A DNA stretch of 64,000 nt from the human T2T-CHM13v2.0 reference genome, Homo sapiens (GCF_009914755.1 NC_060928.1), one strand, 5' to 3'; shown: positions 1 through 14,734, counted from the stretch's first letter. Numbers and translations: made by a program. The notes: generated from the sequence alone by a model not told the origin.

Positions 1-2
1 GT

Positions 3-345
<343 letters not shown>

Positions 346-658
346 TACTATTGGTGTTCTTTATGCTGCCTCAGTTAAGGTTGGTTTCAGAAGCAGAGTC
401 AAGACTGGGTTGTGATGAGGTGGGGTCTTTCATTTGGGATAGTTGTGAGAGCCAGAGAAGGTGGGAAAAGGAATAAAAAGCAGTGTATGGACCCACCTCC
501 TCGACCCTCACTGTCTCAAGGCACCATGATGAAGAGCTCCTACTGCACTGAGTGTACAGCCTGGTTAGGTGCTAGCCCAGCACCTACTAGAAGTAACTCC
601 TGATTCTAGGCAAGTCATTCCCCCTTCTAGAAATTGTTCTCAACTTGCGTGCTTTATA

Positions 659-702
659 TTGGGTTGGTGCAAAAGTAATTGCGGTTTTTCCCACCAAAAG
701 TA
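659..702. mobile_element. MADE1 (Hsmar1-derived MITE), left arm and centre
   Basis: ttgggttggtgcaaaagtaattgcggttttt matches the Hsmar1/MADE1 TIR and is preceded by TA; followed by AT-rich degenerate aaaagtaatt repeats. Confidence 0.85.
666..684 (+). promoter_or_regulatory. Intact 19-bp mariner/SETMAR binding motif GGTGCAAAAGTAATTGCGG
   Basis: Exact match to the Hsmar1 TIR core known to be bound by SETMAR; actual occupancy unknown. Confidence 0.6.
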
Positions 703-763
703 ATTTAAAAAGTTAATATTTTAAAAGTTCAAATTTAAAACTAATTTTAAAATTAAAAGTAAG

Positions 764-985
764 TTTTTTTTTTTTTGGATGTCAGGTAAGTTTATTGAAT
801 CATTATTTTAAAAATCTTATTTGCTTACTCACAGAGCCTATTTTTTCAGAAGTCTTAATAATCACATTTTACATGCTTACAAATGCTTGCTGGTGTCAGG
901 CTCTGCTCTATGAATTCCACATGTACAGCTCATTCATTCTTGTAGCAGTCCCAGGAGGAATGGCTTCTTGCTTTCTCCATTTCAC
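764..985 (-). other. L1-mediated 3' transduction (209 bp, 777-985) plus second poly(A) tail (764-776)
   Basis: Lies between the L1 poly(A) (T run 986-1002) and a second T run; AATAAA on minus strand at 791-796, 14 nt before the tail; 14-bp TSD aaaagtaagttttt at 755-768 and 7015-7028 encloses both L1 and this segment. Confidence 0.9.
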
Positions 986-1208
986 TTTTTTTTTTTTTTT
1001 TTAATTATACTTTCAGTTTTAGGGTACGTGTGCACAATGTGCAGGTTAGTTACATATGTATACATGTGCCATGCTGGTGGGCTGCACCCACGAACTCGTC
1101 ATCTAGCATTAGGTATATCTCCCGATGCTATCCCTCCCCCCTCCCCCCACCCCACAACAGTCCCCAGAGTGTGATATTCCCCTTCCTGTGTCCATGTGAT
1201 CTCATTGT

Positions 1209-5032
<3,824 letters not shown>

Positions 5033-5095
5033 TATGATGTTAGCTGGTTATTTTGCTCGTTAGTTGATGCAGTTTCTTCCTAGTCTCGATGGTCT

Positions 5096-6112
5096 TTACA
5101 TTTTGGCATGATTTTGCAGCGGCTGGTACTGGTTGTTCCTTTCCATGTTTAGTGCTTCCTTCAGGAGCTCTTGTAAGGCAGGCCTGGTGGTGACAAAATC
5201 TCTCAGCATTTGCTTGTCTGTAAAGTATTTTATTTCTCCTTCACTTATGAAGCTTAGTTTGGCTGGATATGAAATTCTGGGTTGAAAATTCTTTTCTTTA
5301 AGAATGTTGAATATTGGCCCCCACTCTCTTCTGGCTTGTAGGGTTTCTGCCGAGAGATCTGCTGTTAGTCTGATGGGCTTCCCTTTGAGGGTAACCCGAC
5401 CTTTCTCTCTGGCTGCCCTTAACATTTTTTCCTTCATTTCAACTTTGGTGAATCTGACAATTATGTGTCTTGGAGTTGCTCTTCTCGAGGAGTATATTTG
5501 TGGTGTTATCTGTATTTCCTGAATCTGAACGTTGGCCTGCCTTGCTAGATTGGGGAAGTTCTCCTGGATAATATCCTGCAGAGTGTTTTCCAACTTGGTT
5601 CCATTCTCCCCATCACTTTCAGGTACACCAATCAGACGTAGATTTGGTCTTTTCACATAGTCCCATATTTCTTGGAGGCTTTGCTCATTTCTTTTTATTC
5701 TTTTTTCTCTAAACTTCGCTTCTCACTTCATTTCATTCATTTCATCTTCCATCGCTGATACCCTTTCTTCCAGTTGATCGCATCGGCTCCTGAGGCTTCT
5801 GCATTCTTCACATAGTTCTCGAGCCTTGGTTTTCAGCTCCATCAGCTCCTTTAAGCACTTCTCTGTATTGGTTATTCTAGTTATACATTCTTCTAAATTT
5901 TTTTCAAAGTTTTCAACTTCTTTGCCTTTGGTTCGAATGTCCTCCCGTAGCTCAGAGTAATTTGATCGTCTGAAGCCTTCTTCTCTCAGCTCGTCAAAGT
6001 CATTCTCCATCCAGCTTTGTTCCGTTGCTGGTGAGGAACTGCGTTCCTTTGGAGGAAGAGAGGCGCTCTGCTTTTTAGAGTTTCCAGTTTTTCTGTTCTG
6101 TTTTTTCCCCAT
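5096..6112 (-). pseudogene. ORF1: L1 ORF1 (RNA-binding chaperone) with one premature stop
   Basis: 1017 bp in a single frame, MGKKQNRK...QNHAKM; codon 130 is TGA (CGA>TGA CpG transition, 5723-5725), splitting it into the 129-aa and 186-aa track ORFs. Confidence 0.96.
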
Positions 6113-7014
6113 CTTTGTGGTTTTATCTACTTTTGGTCTTTGATGATGGTGATGTCCAGATGGGTTTTTGGTGTGGATGTCCTTTCTGTTTGTTAGTTTT
6201 CCTTCTAACAGAGAGGACCCTCAGCTGCAGGTCTGTTGGAATACCCTGCCGTGTGAGGTGTCAGTGTGCCCCTGCTGGGGGGTGCCTCCCAGTTAGGCTG
6301 CCCGGGGGTCAGGGGTCAGGGATCAGGGACCCACTTGAGGAGGCAGTCTGCCCATTCTCCGATCTCCAGCTGCGTGCTGGGAGAACCACTGCTCTCTTCA
6401 AAGCTGTCAGACAGGGACATTTAAGTCTGCAGAGGTTACTGCTGTCTTTTTGTTAGTCTGTGCCCTGCCCCCAGAGGTGGAGCCTACAGAGGCAGGCAGG
6501 CCTCCTTGAGCTGTGGTGGGCTCCACCCAGTTGGAGCTTCCTGGCTGCTTTGTTTACCTAATCAAGCCTGGGCAATGGCAGGCGCCCCTCCCCCAGCCTT
6601 GCTGCCGCCTTGCAGTTTGATCTCAGACTGCTGTGCTAGCAATCAGCGAGACTCCGTGGGTGTAGGACCCTCCGAGCCAGGTGCGGGATATAATCTTGTG
6701 GTGCTCCGTTTTTTAAGCCCGTTGGAAAAGCGCAGTATTCGGGGGGAGTGACCCGATTTTCCAGGTGCCGTCTGTCACCCCTTTCTTTGACTCAGAAAGG
6801 GAACTCACTGACCCCTTGCACTTCCCAAGTGAGGCAATGCCTCGCCCTGCTTCGGCTCGCGCACAGTGCGCGCACCCACTGACCTGTGCCTGCTGTCTGG
6901 CACTTCCTAGTGAGATGAACCCGGTACCTACGATGGAAGTGCAGAAGTCACCCGTCTTCTGCGTCGCTCACGCTGGGAGCTGTAGACCAGAGCTGTTCCT
7001 ATTCGGCCATCTTC
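6113..7014 (-). promoter_or_regulatory. L1 5'UTR internal sense promoter and antisense promoter; YY1 core at the extreme 5' end
   Basis: GC/CpG-rich 902 bp beginning GAAGATGGCCGAATAGGAACAGCTC on the minus strand. Confidence 0.9.
6575..6751 (+). pseudogene. ORF0: L1 antisense ORF0, shortened to 58 aa
   Basis: MAGAPPPALLPPCSLISDCCASNQRDSVGVGPSEPG... matches primate ORF0; a 1-bp loss in cgggtggga (here cgggggga, about 6744) frameshifts to an early TGA. Confidence 0.85.
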
Positions 7015-7280
7015 AAAAGTAAGTTTTTAAAAAACCTGCATGCGATACAATAAGATTTCTATAAATAAGGATATTGGAATAAAGGTAAAATACAGCTGGA
7101 ATGCTAGGGTTTAGGTAGAGACATTTAGGTAGTAGAATGCACCCCCTAAAGCCCTATAATTTTTACCTTGTTCTGAGCTTCCTGAGAACTAAAGAAAAGT
7201 AAGACAGGGTTGGTTATATGATTCATGTCATCTATAAGCTAAAAATAAATCAGTTGATCTCCACAGTGGAGATCAAGATT

Positions 7281-7713
7281 GCATTAGATTAGGTCTGCCA
7301 TGACAAAGTACCACAAACTGGGTGGCTCCAAACAGTAGAAGTGTATTTTATCACAATTCTGGAGGCTAAAGCTCTGAAAGCAAGATGTTGGGAAAACCAA
7401 GCTCTCTCTGAAATTTGCAGTGGAGAATCCTTCCTTGTCTCTTTTTAGCTGCTGGTGGTTCTTGGCATCCCTTGGCTTGTAGAAGCATCATCCCACTCCC
7501 TCCTTCATCTTCACATGATGTTCTCATTGCAGGTGTCCACATTTTCTCTTTTTACAATAACACTGGTTATTTTGGACTAGAGGCCCACCCTACTTCAGCA
7601 TGTCTCCCTCTTAATTAATTACATCTGCAATGACCCTGTTTCCAAATAAAATCACATTCTGAGGTATTGGAGGTTAGAACTTCAAAGTGTGGGAACAATT
7701 TTTAACCCATGAC
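7281..7713 (-). mobile_element. MaLR solo LTR (MLT1C/D-like)
   Basis: tgccatgacaaagtaccacaaactgggtggct...cacaattctggaggcta...cacattctgaggtattggaggttagaacttcaa MLT1 hallmarks. Confidence 0.8.
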
Positions 7714-7729
7714 AAGGATTAAGAAGGTT

Positions 7730-7950
7730 ATGAGTGTAGGCTATGAGGCCAGACTGTCTTGCTGAAATCCAGACTCTAATACTTCTTAGCTGTGTGACCT
7801 CAGACAGTTTACTTCACCTCTCTGTGTCTTCATCTCCTAATTTGTAAAATGACATTCTTAAGGACATTTAACTCATGGATTTTTGTGAGAACTAACTGAA
7901 ATAATATATGTAAAGTGATTGAAAAGTTGCTTAACACATAGAATGCACTC
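7730..7950 (+). mobile_element. MIR SINE
   Basis: Core agctgtgtgacctcagacagtttacttcacctctctgtgtcttcatctcctaatttgtaaaatg. Confidence 0.8.
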
Positions 7951-8166
7951 TATTCGCATCACACAGGTTGATAAAGACCAGGGGTCATTTCCAAGTTCAT
8001 ACTGCTACTGTGTGGTAAAAATGCATTTTGGGCCTTGGGCTTTCTCAGTGTAAACAAATGTATTTTCCTTTATATTCCAGCTTAGTTGATTGCTTTTGAT
8101 ATATTAGAATACATATGTATTCTAATTATATCTATATTATAAATATAGATATTTTAAAGACTGATG

Positions 8167-8220
8167 AAAGAAGAGAAGGAAAGAAAAAGGAAGGGAAAGA
8201 AGGAAGGAAGGAAGGAAGGA

Positions 8221-8268
<48 letters not shown>

Positions 8269-8352
8269 AAAAATGAAAGAAAGAAAGGAAGGAAGGAAAA
8301 GAAAGAAAGACAGAAGAAAGAAAGAAAAAGAAAGAAGAAAGAAAGAAAGAAA
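8167..8352 (+). repeat. Compound (GAAA)n/(GGAA)n purine microsatellite
   Basis: About 185 bp almost purely A/G, with a pure (AAAG)n run at about 8224-8270. Confidence 0.95.
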
Positions 8353-8489
8353 ACTAGTTCCTTAAGAAAGTAGTGAATTGAATAAAGGCAGTTGTAAAAT
8401 TAGCGCCAAAAGTAGTTGAACTATTGGTAAAAGACAATTAACCACCAACACACTACATAATCTGAAACTCTTGAGAATGGCTATTTTTT

Positions 8490-8580
8490 TTTCTGCTTTG
8501 TTCACTAATAAATTCTTGCTACTCAGAACAATGCCTGGCACAAAATAGATACCTAAGAAATATGTACTGAGCCCTGAATG
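8490..8580 (+). mobile_element. L2 3' end fragment
   Basis: ttgttcact...aacaatgcctggcacaaaatagatacctaagaaatatgtactga. Confidence 0.65.
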
Positions 8581-8806
8581 TAAATGTGGAACTACTTTAC
8601 AAATGGGCATGTGCTTTAATCAAGAAATCTTGCTCTTAGTGATTTTCTTTAAGGAAACAATGAAAGCTAAGGAAAGGTTTAGTTATATTAATTTTTACTG
8701 AAGGATTGTATATAAAGCAAAAATGTTGGCAGCACCCTAAATGTACGTTAACAGGAAACAAGTTAAATAGATGACAGACCTGGAGTGATAAGATGGTATA
8801 CCATCT

Positions 8807-9280
8807 CCAGCAGGGAAAATAATGGCTCCAAAGATGCCCCTGTCCTAATCTCCAGAACCCGTGACTTTGAAGATTTGATTAAGGTTAAAAAGCTTGAAAC
8901 AGAGAAATTATCTTGGATTATGCAGGAGGGCCCAATCTAATTGCATATATCTCTAAAAGTGAAGAACGTTCCTGGGTGTGATCAGAGTAAGAGGTGATGG
9001 CGGAGGAAAGTCAGATAAATGCTACTTTGCTGGCCTTGAGGAAGGGGAAGGGGCATTAAGTCCGTTAATACAGATGGCCTCTAGAAACTAGAGAAGGCAA
9101 GGAGACAGATTCTTCCCTAGAGCTTCTGAAAGGAATGCAGCCCTGCTGACACGTTGATTTTAGCCCTGTGAGAACGATGTCAGATTCCTCACCCATAGGA
9201 CTGTAAGAGAATAAATATATTTTTATTTAAGCCACGAAGTGTGTGGTCATTTGGTACAGCAGCAACAGGAAACTCATGCA
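8807..9280 (+). mobile_element. MaLR solo LTR (MLT1D-like), adjacent to an old L1M fragment
   Basis: aataatggctccaaagatg...ggcaaggagacagattcttccctagagc...ttaagccac...cagcagcaacaggaaactcatgca. Confidence 0.85.
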
Positions 9281-10299
9281 GCATTCAAAGCTTTCTCATA
9301 ACTAAGTAGGGCAGGAGCCTCACATAGATGCCTACAGCAGCCAAGCAGTTACATGCAATTGTGAGTCTGGACTATGATAAAACAGTAAATGATAAGCTTT
9401 TAAAATTGATACCAAGTCTGCCACATGCTGTCCAGTTACTTAGTCTGTCAAGATACTATGCAAAAAAACAGAAAAATAACTGTGAGCCATGCATCTCTAA
9501 CCTCTACTGTAGTGGAAAATTTATGAGCATGAGCGAATGCTCACAATATATTTTTAAAGAAAAGTAGCTGCTTTTAAAATAGCAGATGCAGTAGAATTTT
9601 TTTTTAATCTTGTAATTGTATTTACATAGAAAAAGATTTGGAAGGATATGATCTCACACAGTAATCGTCTGGGAGGATAAGACAAGTTTTAATTTTTTTT
9701 GCTTCTCTGTATATTTTAATTTCTTTATAATGGGTGTATATCATTTTAAATATAAACTACAAGTTAAATAGAGAAAGGGGAGGTGAATCACCCCAACCTG
9801 GCAGAGTAGGCAGTGGACCAGCTTGCCTGACCTGACAATCTCAGTGTGAGCTGCATTCCAGGCTGTCACCAATTATTCCCTTCTCTCCTGGGTGCTGGTG
9901 ACAATTGCTTTTGATGCCATTTCAGCCATGCCTTATTCATTCTTCTTTGGGGCCAATTCACTTAAAAGTGTGCTGACCCCACAGAAAAGCTAGTGCTCTC
10001 AAACTACCTCCCTGGAGAAGCTCCACATTGCAGCTATGAAACAGGACTGTGCAAAACTCATAAATCTCCCACCTTTTTGAATTAACAATTCTGCAGGGTA
10101 GCAAATACAATACATATTAACTGGGTCACGTCATCTATCTCAAAGGGCTGAAAACAACAGAATTGAAACCAGAGACCTGAATGAAATCTTTCCTGTGACC
10201 ATTCACTGTCTGCTTCACTATCCCTCCTCCCCACCTCACTCTACTGCTCAGCTTCTTTCAAGACCTAGTGGAGGAAAAGGTGAGGTCAGGAGGCAGAGA

Positions 10300-10495
10300 G
10301 ACCTGGGATGGGACCCTAGCTTCACCCCTTGCCAGGCGGTGGCCTTGGACAAGCTCTGATCTTGCTAACATTCAACTTCTTCATCTGTCAAAAGGGTTGG
10401 TTATATTTACTTCTAAGTTTATTATGGAGATTAAATACATGGGAAGAATTTAGCACAATGAGCACATTGTAAACACACGACATGTGATCACTTAT
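10300..10495 (+). mobile_element. MIR fragment
   Basis: gtggccttggacaag...cttcttcatctgtcaaaaggg...ggagattaaat. Confidence 0.6.
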
Positions 10496-10616
10496 TAATT
10501 ATTCATTATTTTTATTGTTATCATCATTGTTGTACAGTTTATCTCTCTGGATGACTTCCTAGAAAATATCACCCCCAAATGTAGATTGGCTTCTGAAGAT
10601 GGCTTGTTTCATGGTC

Positions 10617-11520
10617 TGTGGAAATATTAAACACAAATATAATGTGCTTTTTTTCTCACCCAACAACAATCAGCAATAGACTTCTGTGACCCCCAAATGT
10701 GTGGGGATTTCTCTCTCCCAAAAAGCAAACAATTAATTCCGCAGCAGATACCAGCTGGTTGTCCTCCAATTAAACTTCAACGCTATCTACCTGGAGATAC
10801 TAGCTGGGTGTCCTCCAATTCAACTCCCAACACTATCTACTGATTGACTTTAAGTTTGGTTCCCCACAACTCCCTCTTTGCATTCAGTTAGTTTTCTGGG
10901 GTGGTTCACAGAACTCAGGGAAACACATCTGCCAGATTATTATAAAGGATATTGCAAAGGATACAGATGAACAGATGCACAGGACGAGGCATGGGGGAAG
11001 AAATGTGGAGCTTCCATGCCCTCCCTGGGAGCACCACCCTCCAGGAACCTCCACCCATATGTGTTCAGCTATCCAGAAGCTCTTCATACACTGCCCCCAT
11101 GGGCCTTTTATGGAAACGTCACTGGATAGGCACAATTGATAACTGTGTAGAAAGGTGATTAGAATAAAAGGGAATGAAGTAATAATACTAGATTGGGTGG
11201 GGAAACGCTGCATGACATATCTGTTCAGATTTATCTTGGCCTGTCTGTGCAGTTATCCTTTCTCTAGGACACGGGACAGGGCTGCTTCTGAAATGAGGGT
11301 CATATGATTCATAGTCAGAATGGTGGGAAAAGATTAGAGTCTTTCCTTGGACTGGTGAAAGGAGGGCAGGGGAAAGTCAGATATTCTTGTGTTTTCTGAG
11401 TCCTGCTTCTGAAGCCTAAAGCACACCAACATTTTAACAAAAGACTGTAATAAGGGCTAGGGCTGTGGGAGGTGTGAGCCAGGAACCATGGATAGAAAAC
11501 AATATATGTATTGCAACATT
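10617..11520 (-). mobile_element. ERV solo LTR, MER21-like
   Basis: cttctgtgacccccaaatgtgtggggatttc, ccagctgggtgtcctccaattcaa, cacagaactcagggaaacac, tataaaggatattgcaaaggatacagatgaa. Confidence 0.75.
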
Positions 11521-12008
11521 ATACATGGGAAATGTTAGTTATTGTTTACATATTTAGTTACATATTTAATACATAATAATATTGCCTATAATACATAATC
11601 ATATAATACATAACAATATTTTAACATATTAATACATAATAATGAACACCAATGTTTATGTATTTAACTCAACAAAATGCCAAGATGATATTAATATAGC
11701 ATATGGTATATAAGAACATTGTTATTGAGAAAATTGAGACAAAGGAAAAAAAAATAGGATAGGAAAATAGCCTAAGCTATTGGTCCCTGCCCAAAATGGC
11801 TCATTCCCAAAAGGGGACTGAATGGTTGCTAGTCTTGTAATTCTGTATACTTGCTAAAGATACGCTGCAAATTCTTTTCTAAATTTATCAGTGGCCAAAG
11901 AAGAGAAAGACATTAAGTTAGAAGAATCCCAGAGATCATCTCATATAAACCAATGAATGAGCTGATTAGAAGAGTCATGGATTTCTCTTTTGTGGTAGTG
12001 AAGCTTAA

Positions 12009-12057
12009 AAAAAATTCTCTCATAATAATAATAAAATAAAATAAAAAATTCTCTCAT
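12009..12057 (+). mobile_element. Tail-only retrotransposon insertion (19 bp) between 15-bp TSDs
   Basis: aaaaaattctctcat at 12009-12023 and 12043-12057 flank aataataataaaataaaat; TT/AAAA at 12005-12010. Confidence 0.7.
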
Positions 12058-13324
12058 GTGCTGTAAGGACAGGGATCCTGATTAAATGAACAATATTTTC
12101 CACCAGCTCAACAATAAATAAAACGTGTCACTTTTTGAACGAAAGAATATATGGACAAATGCAATTCTTTAAGGGGCGTGATCATGCTGTCCTGGAATGC
12201 ATTTCTCAATGAACTGACTTGGTCCAGCAGCACAATTTAGAATATCACAAGAAATGACTGGGTTCTCCACCCACGGGGTACATTATCTCGAATCTAAAAG
12301 AGAATGGTGCTCAGCATTTAACAAAAAGTTCAAGTCACATCTCAGTCACTCAATGGTCTTGTGCCTTGAAGTCGCTGAACATTTTTGAGCTTCTGTTTCC
12401 TGACCTTCAAACTGGAGAAACAAATAGTATAAGGTTATGTCCTTTCTGAGAGTAGTGTGAGAAATAAATCCAATTTTAAAAATAAAGTACAGAATATGTA
12501 GTAGTTGTTCAATAAATAATAGATCTATCTTTCTTCTACAATTTCCTAACCCTTCAGTCATTAAAAAAAAAAAAGTCACTGCAGATGAGCATGAAACTTA
12601 TTTCACAGACTTTTAGGAAATACCAAATGAGACCAAGAAGGTGAAAATATTTCTGACCAAGGAAACATTGAAACCAACCATCCTGCGGCTTCATTCTCAC
12701 AACCGAGGCCCTTACAGTCACTTACATAAAGCCATCTGTGTCTCCGTTTCCTCATTTGCATAGCAGAGATAATTAGAATACCTACACCTTAGGCTTATTG
12801 CAAGAATGAATTGGATCACCACTCTTCAACATTTAGTTGCTGCTGGATATAAGAACGGCATTCTTGGGAAATCGCTCTTGAAATCTCAGGGAGTGAGAAA
12901 TTAAATAGATTTCTGCTATAATGTGGCAGAATGGAGACCACATTACACCAGAAAATGATGCAGAATTGAAAATAATGGGATGTCAAAAATGCACATTGTC
13001 AGCAAATGCACAAATAAATTATTCAGTTTCAAGGCATCATATTATTCCAGAAATTGTAGTGATGTTTTGGTGATATTGCAGGTGATTTTGTTAATATGTT
13101 AGAGAGAAACCTTCATATTTTACAGCACATTATGTTGCAGTTTACAGAATGACTTCTTTATTTTGACTTGGAAAGCTAAGTAGGTCATTGAAATTTTGTA
13201 AGTGAGCGTGGAAACCGCATAAGCCCGTCGCAGTTACGTGATAAGACCCTGTGAACTGTGCCTGCCGCCAGCAACAGAGCTCTTCGCAGACTCAGCACTT
13301 TTTACCAGTGAAAACTGCTGAACT

Positions 13325-13460
13325 CACTCATTTTCATCTTCAACAAACATTTATTGAATACAGGTTATGTACCAGAGACTGTTGTTGTCGGATCTGGGGA
13401 TGCAGACATTAATCAGGCTGCCCTCTGCCTTTGAGGATAGTAACTTCCAGTGTGGGAGGC
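13325..13460 (-). mobile_element. L2 3' end fragment
   Basis: tcaacaaacatttattgaatac...tatgtaccagagactgtt...ctggggatgcag. Confidence 0.7.
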
Positions 13461-13989
13461 CTCCATAGAGGATCATTTCAATCCACGGCCCATTCTATCA
13501 CACTGACTCCCTGTTTCCACCTGGGGCTCAAGGCTAACTGGGTGACTACAGATGGCATATTCTATTTTGCTTTTATAATTATGTACCCACTAGACTATAA
13601 GCTCTACGAGAACAGGGATTTTGTCTGTATCCATCAGCATCCCACTTGGAGCTGACTCTCGAGATGTTAAATGAACTTATGTGCCAATCACAACATGCAC
13701 TTTTCTTAACAATATTGCAAAGTTGGGTTCATTCTGAGTCATGGCGAGGATCCACGCCAAGGCCTACACAGGCGATAAGCGTTAGAGCAGGAATGCAAAC
13801 CAGGTCTTCTGGGCTTCCAGAGTTGAAAGCCATTGCAAGCTGTTCTTGTTTTTAAGAGGAAAAGTTGCCAAGACTTCCAACAGGGACTTCAGACCCAGCA
13901 CTGAACAAGGCATGTTTCCCCAGTGCCAACCCCTCCCTTCAGTGAATGACATCATCATGATCAAGTTGAGTAAATCAGGAAGTTGGGAA

Positions 13990-14500
13990 TTAGCCTAAAC
14001 CTCATTTCTCTCTCCTTACCCCAGTCAGCCACTAGATCCTGCTGATGCTGTGCCCGAATATCTCTTACCCCAGCCTCCCTGTGCTATTCCTTCCTTTGCG
14101 GCCCAAGCTGCTATCTGCTCTCATGAAGACTGTTGCAAATAGCTTCCAAACTGTTCTCTTCTCTTCCAACCTCTCTCCCTCCATGCTCTTCCACAGGCCT
14201 TGTATTTAAAAGTGTAAATCAAATCCTATCCCTTCTTGCCTGAGGCTTCTTGCGGCTCCTGTAATCATCAGAATGAAGTCTGAAGAGTCTCATCTGGAGA
14301 ACAAAATCCTTTGTTGATACAACCCTTGCTACCTTGTTCTAACTCTCCTCAGGTTTTATCTCTGCCTCCAGTGTCCTGTATTCGAGTTACCCAGGCTCAC
14401 TTCTAGTTCCTGAATGTGCCCAAAGGGCTCACACTGCCTAGCCTTCGCTTGACATTTTATCCTTTCAAAATGTTTTCCCCACCTGTCCATCCAGAGACTC
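13990..14500 (+). mobile_element. L2 fragment
   Basis: Pyrimidine-rich L2 3' region motifs (gactgttgcaaatagcttccaaactg, aaaagtgtaaatcaaatc). Confidence 0.6.
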
Positions 14501-14529
14501 CTAAATGTTTTTGGTTAATTACACAGACA

Positions 14530-14720
14530 GGGACAAACTCCTGAGTTCCCCAGTTTGAATCCCAATTGTTTGTATAACCTTGGGCAGCTCACTTTACCTC
14601 TTGTGCCTTTACTTCTCTATCTGCCAAAGCGAGATAATAGTTTATCTACTATTCATACAATTCTTGTGAGGGCTAATAGGGTGAACATGTGCAAAGCACT
14701 TAGAACTGCAACTGTCCCGT
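14530..14720 (+). mobile_element. MIR
   Basis: gtttgaatccca...taaccttgggcagctcactttacctcttgtgcct...gtgcaaagcacttagaac. Confidence 0.75.
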
Positions 14721-14734
14721 GGAAGGCATGGTAT

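Noticed and set aside
8164-8373. Lys/Glu/Arg-rich 69-aa ORF
   Set aside because: Translation of the GAAA microsatellite.
11540-11645. AT-rich aatacataa repeats
   Set aside because: Low-complexity sequence beside an LTR end; no further structure.
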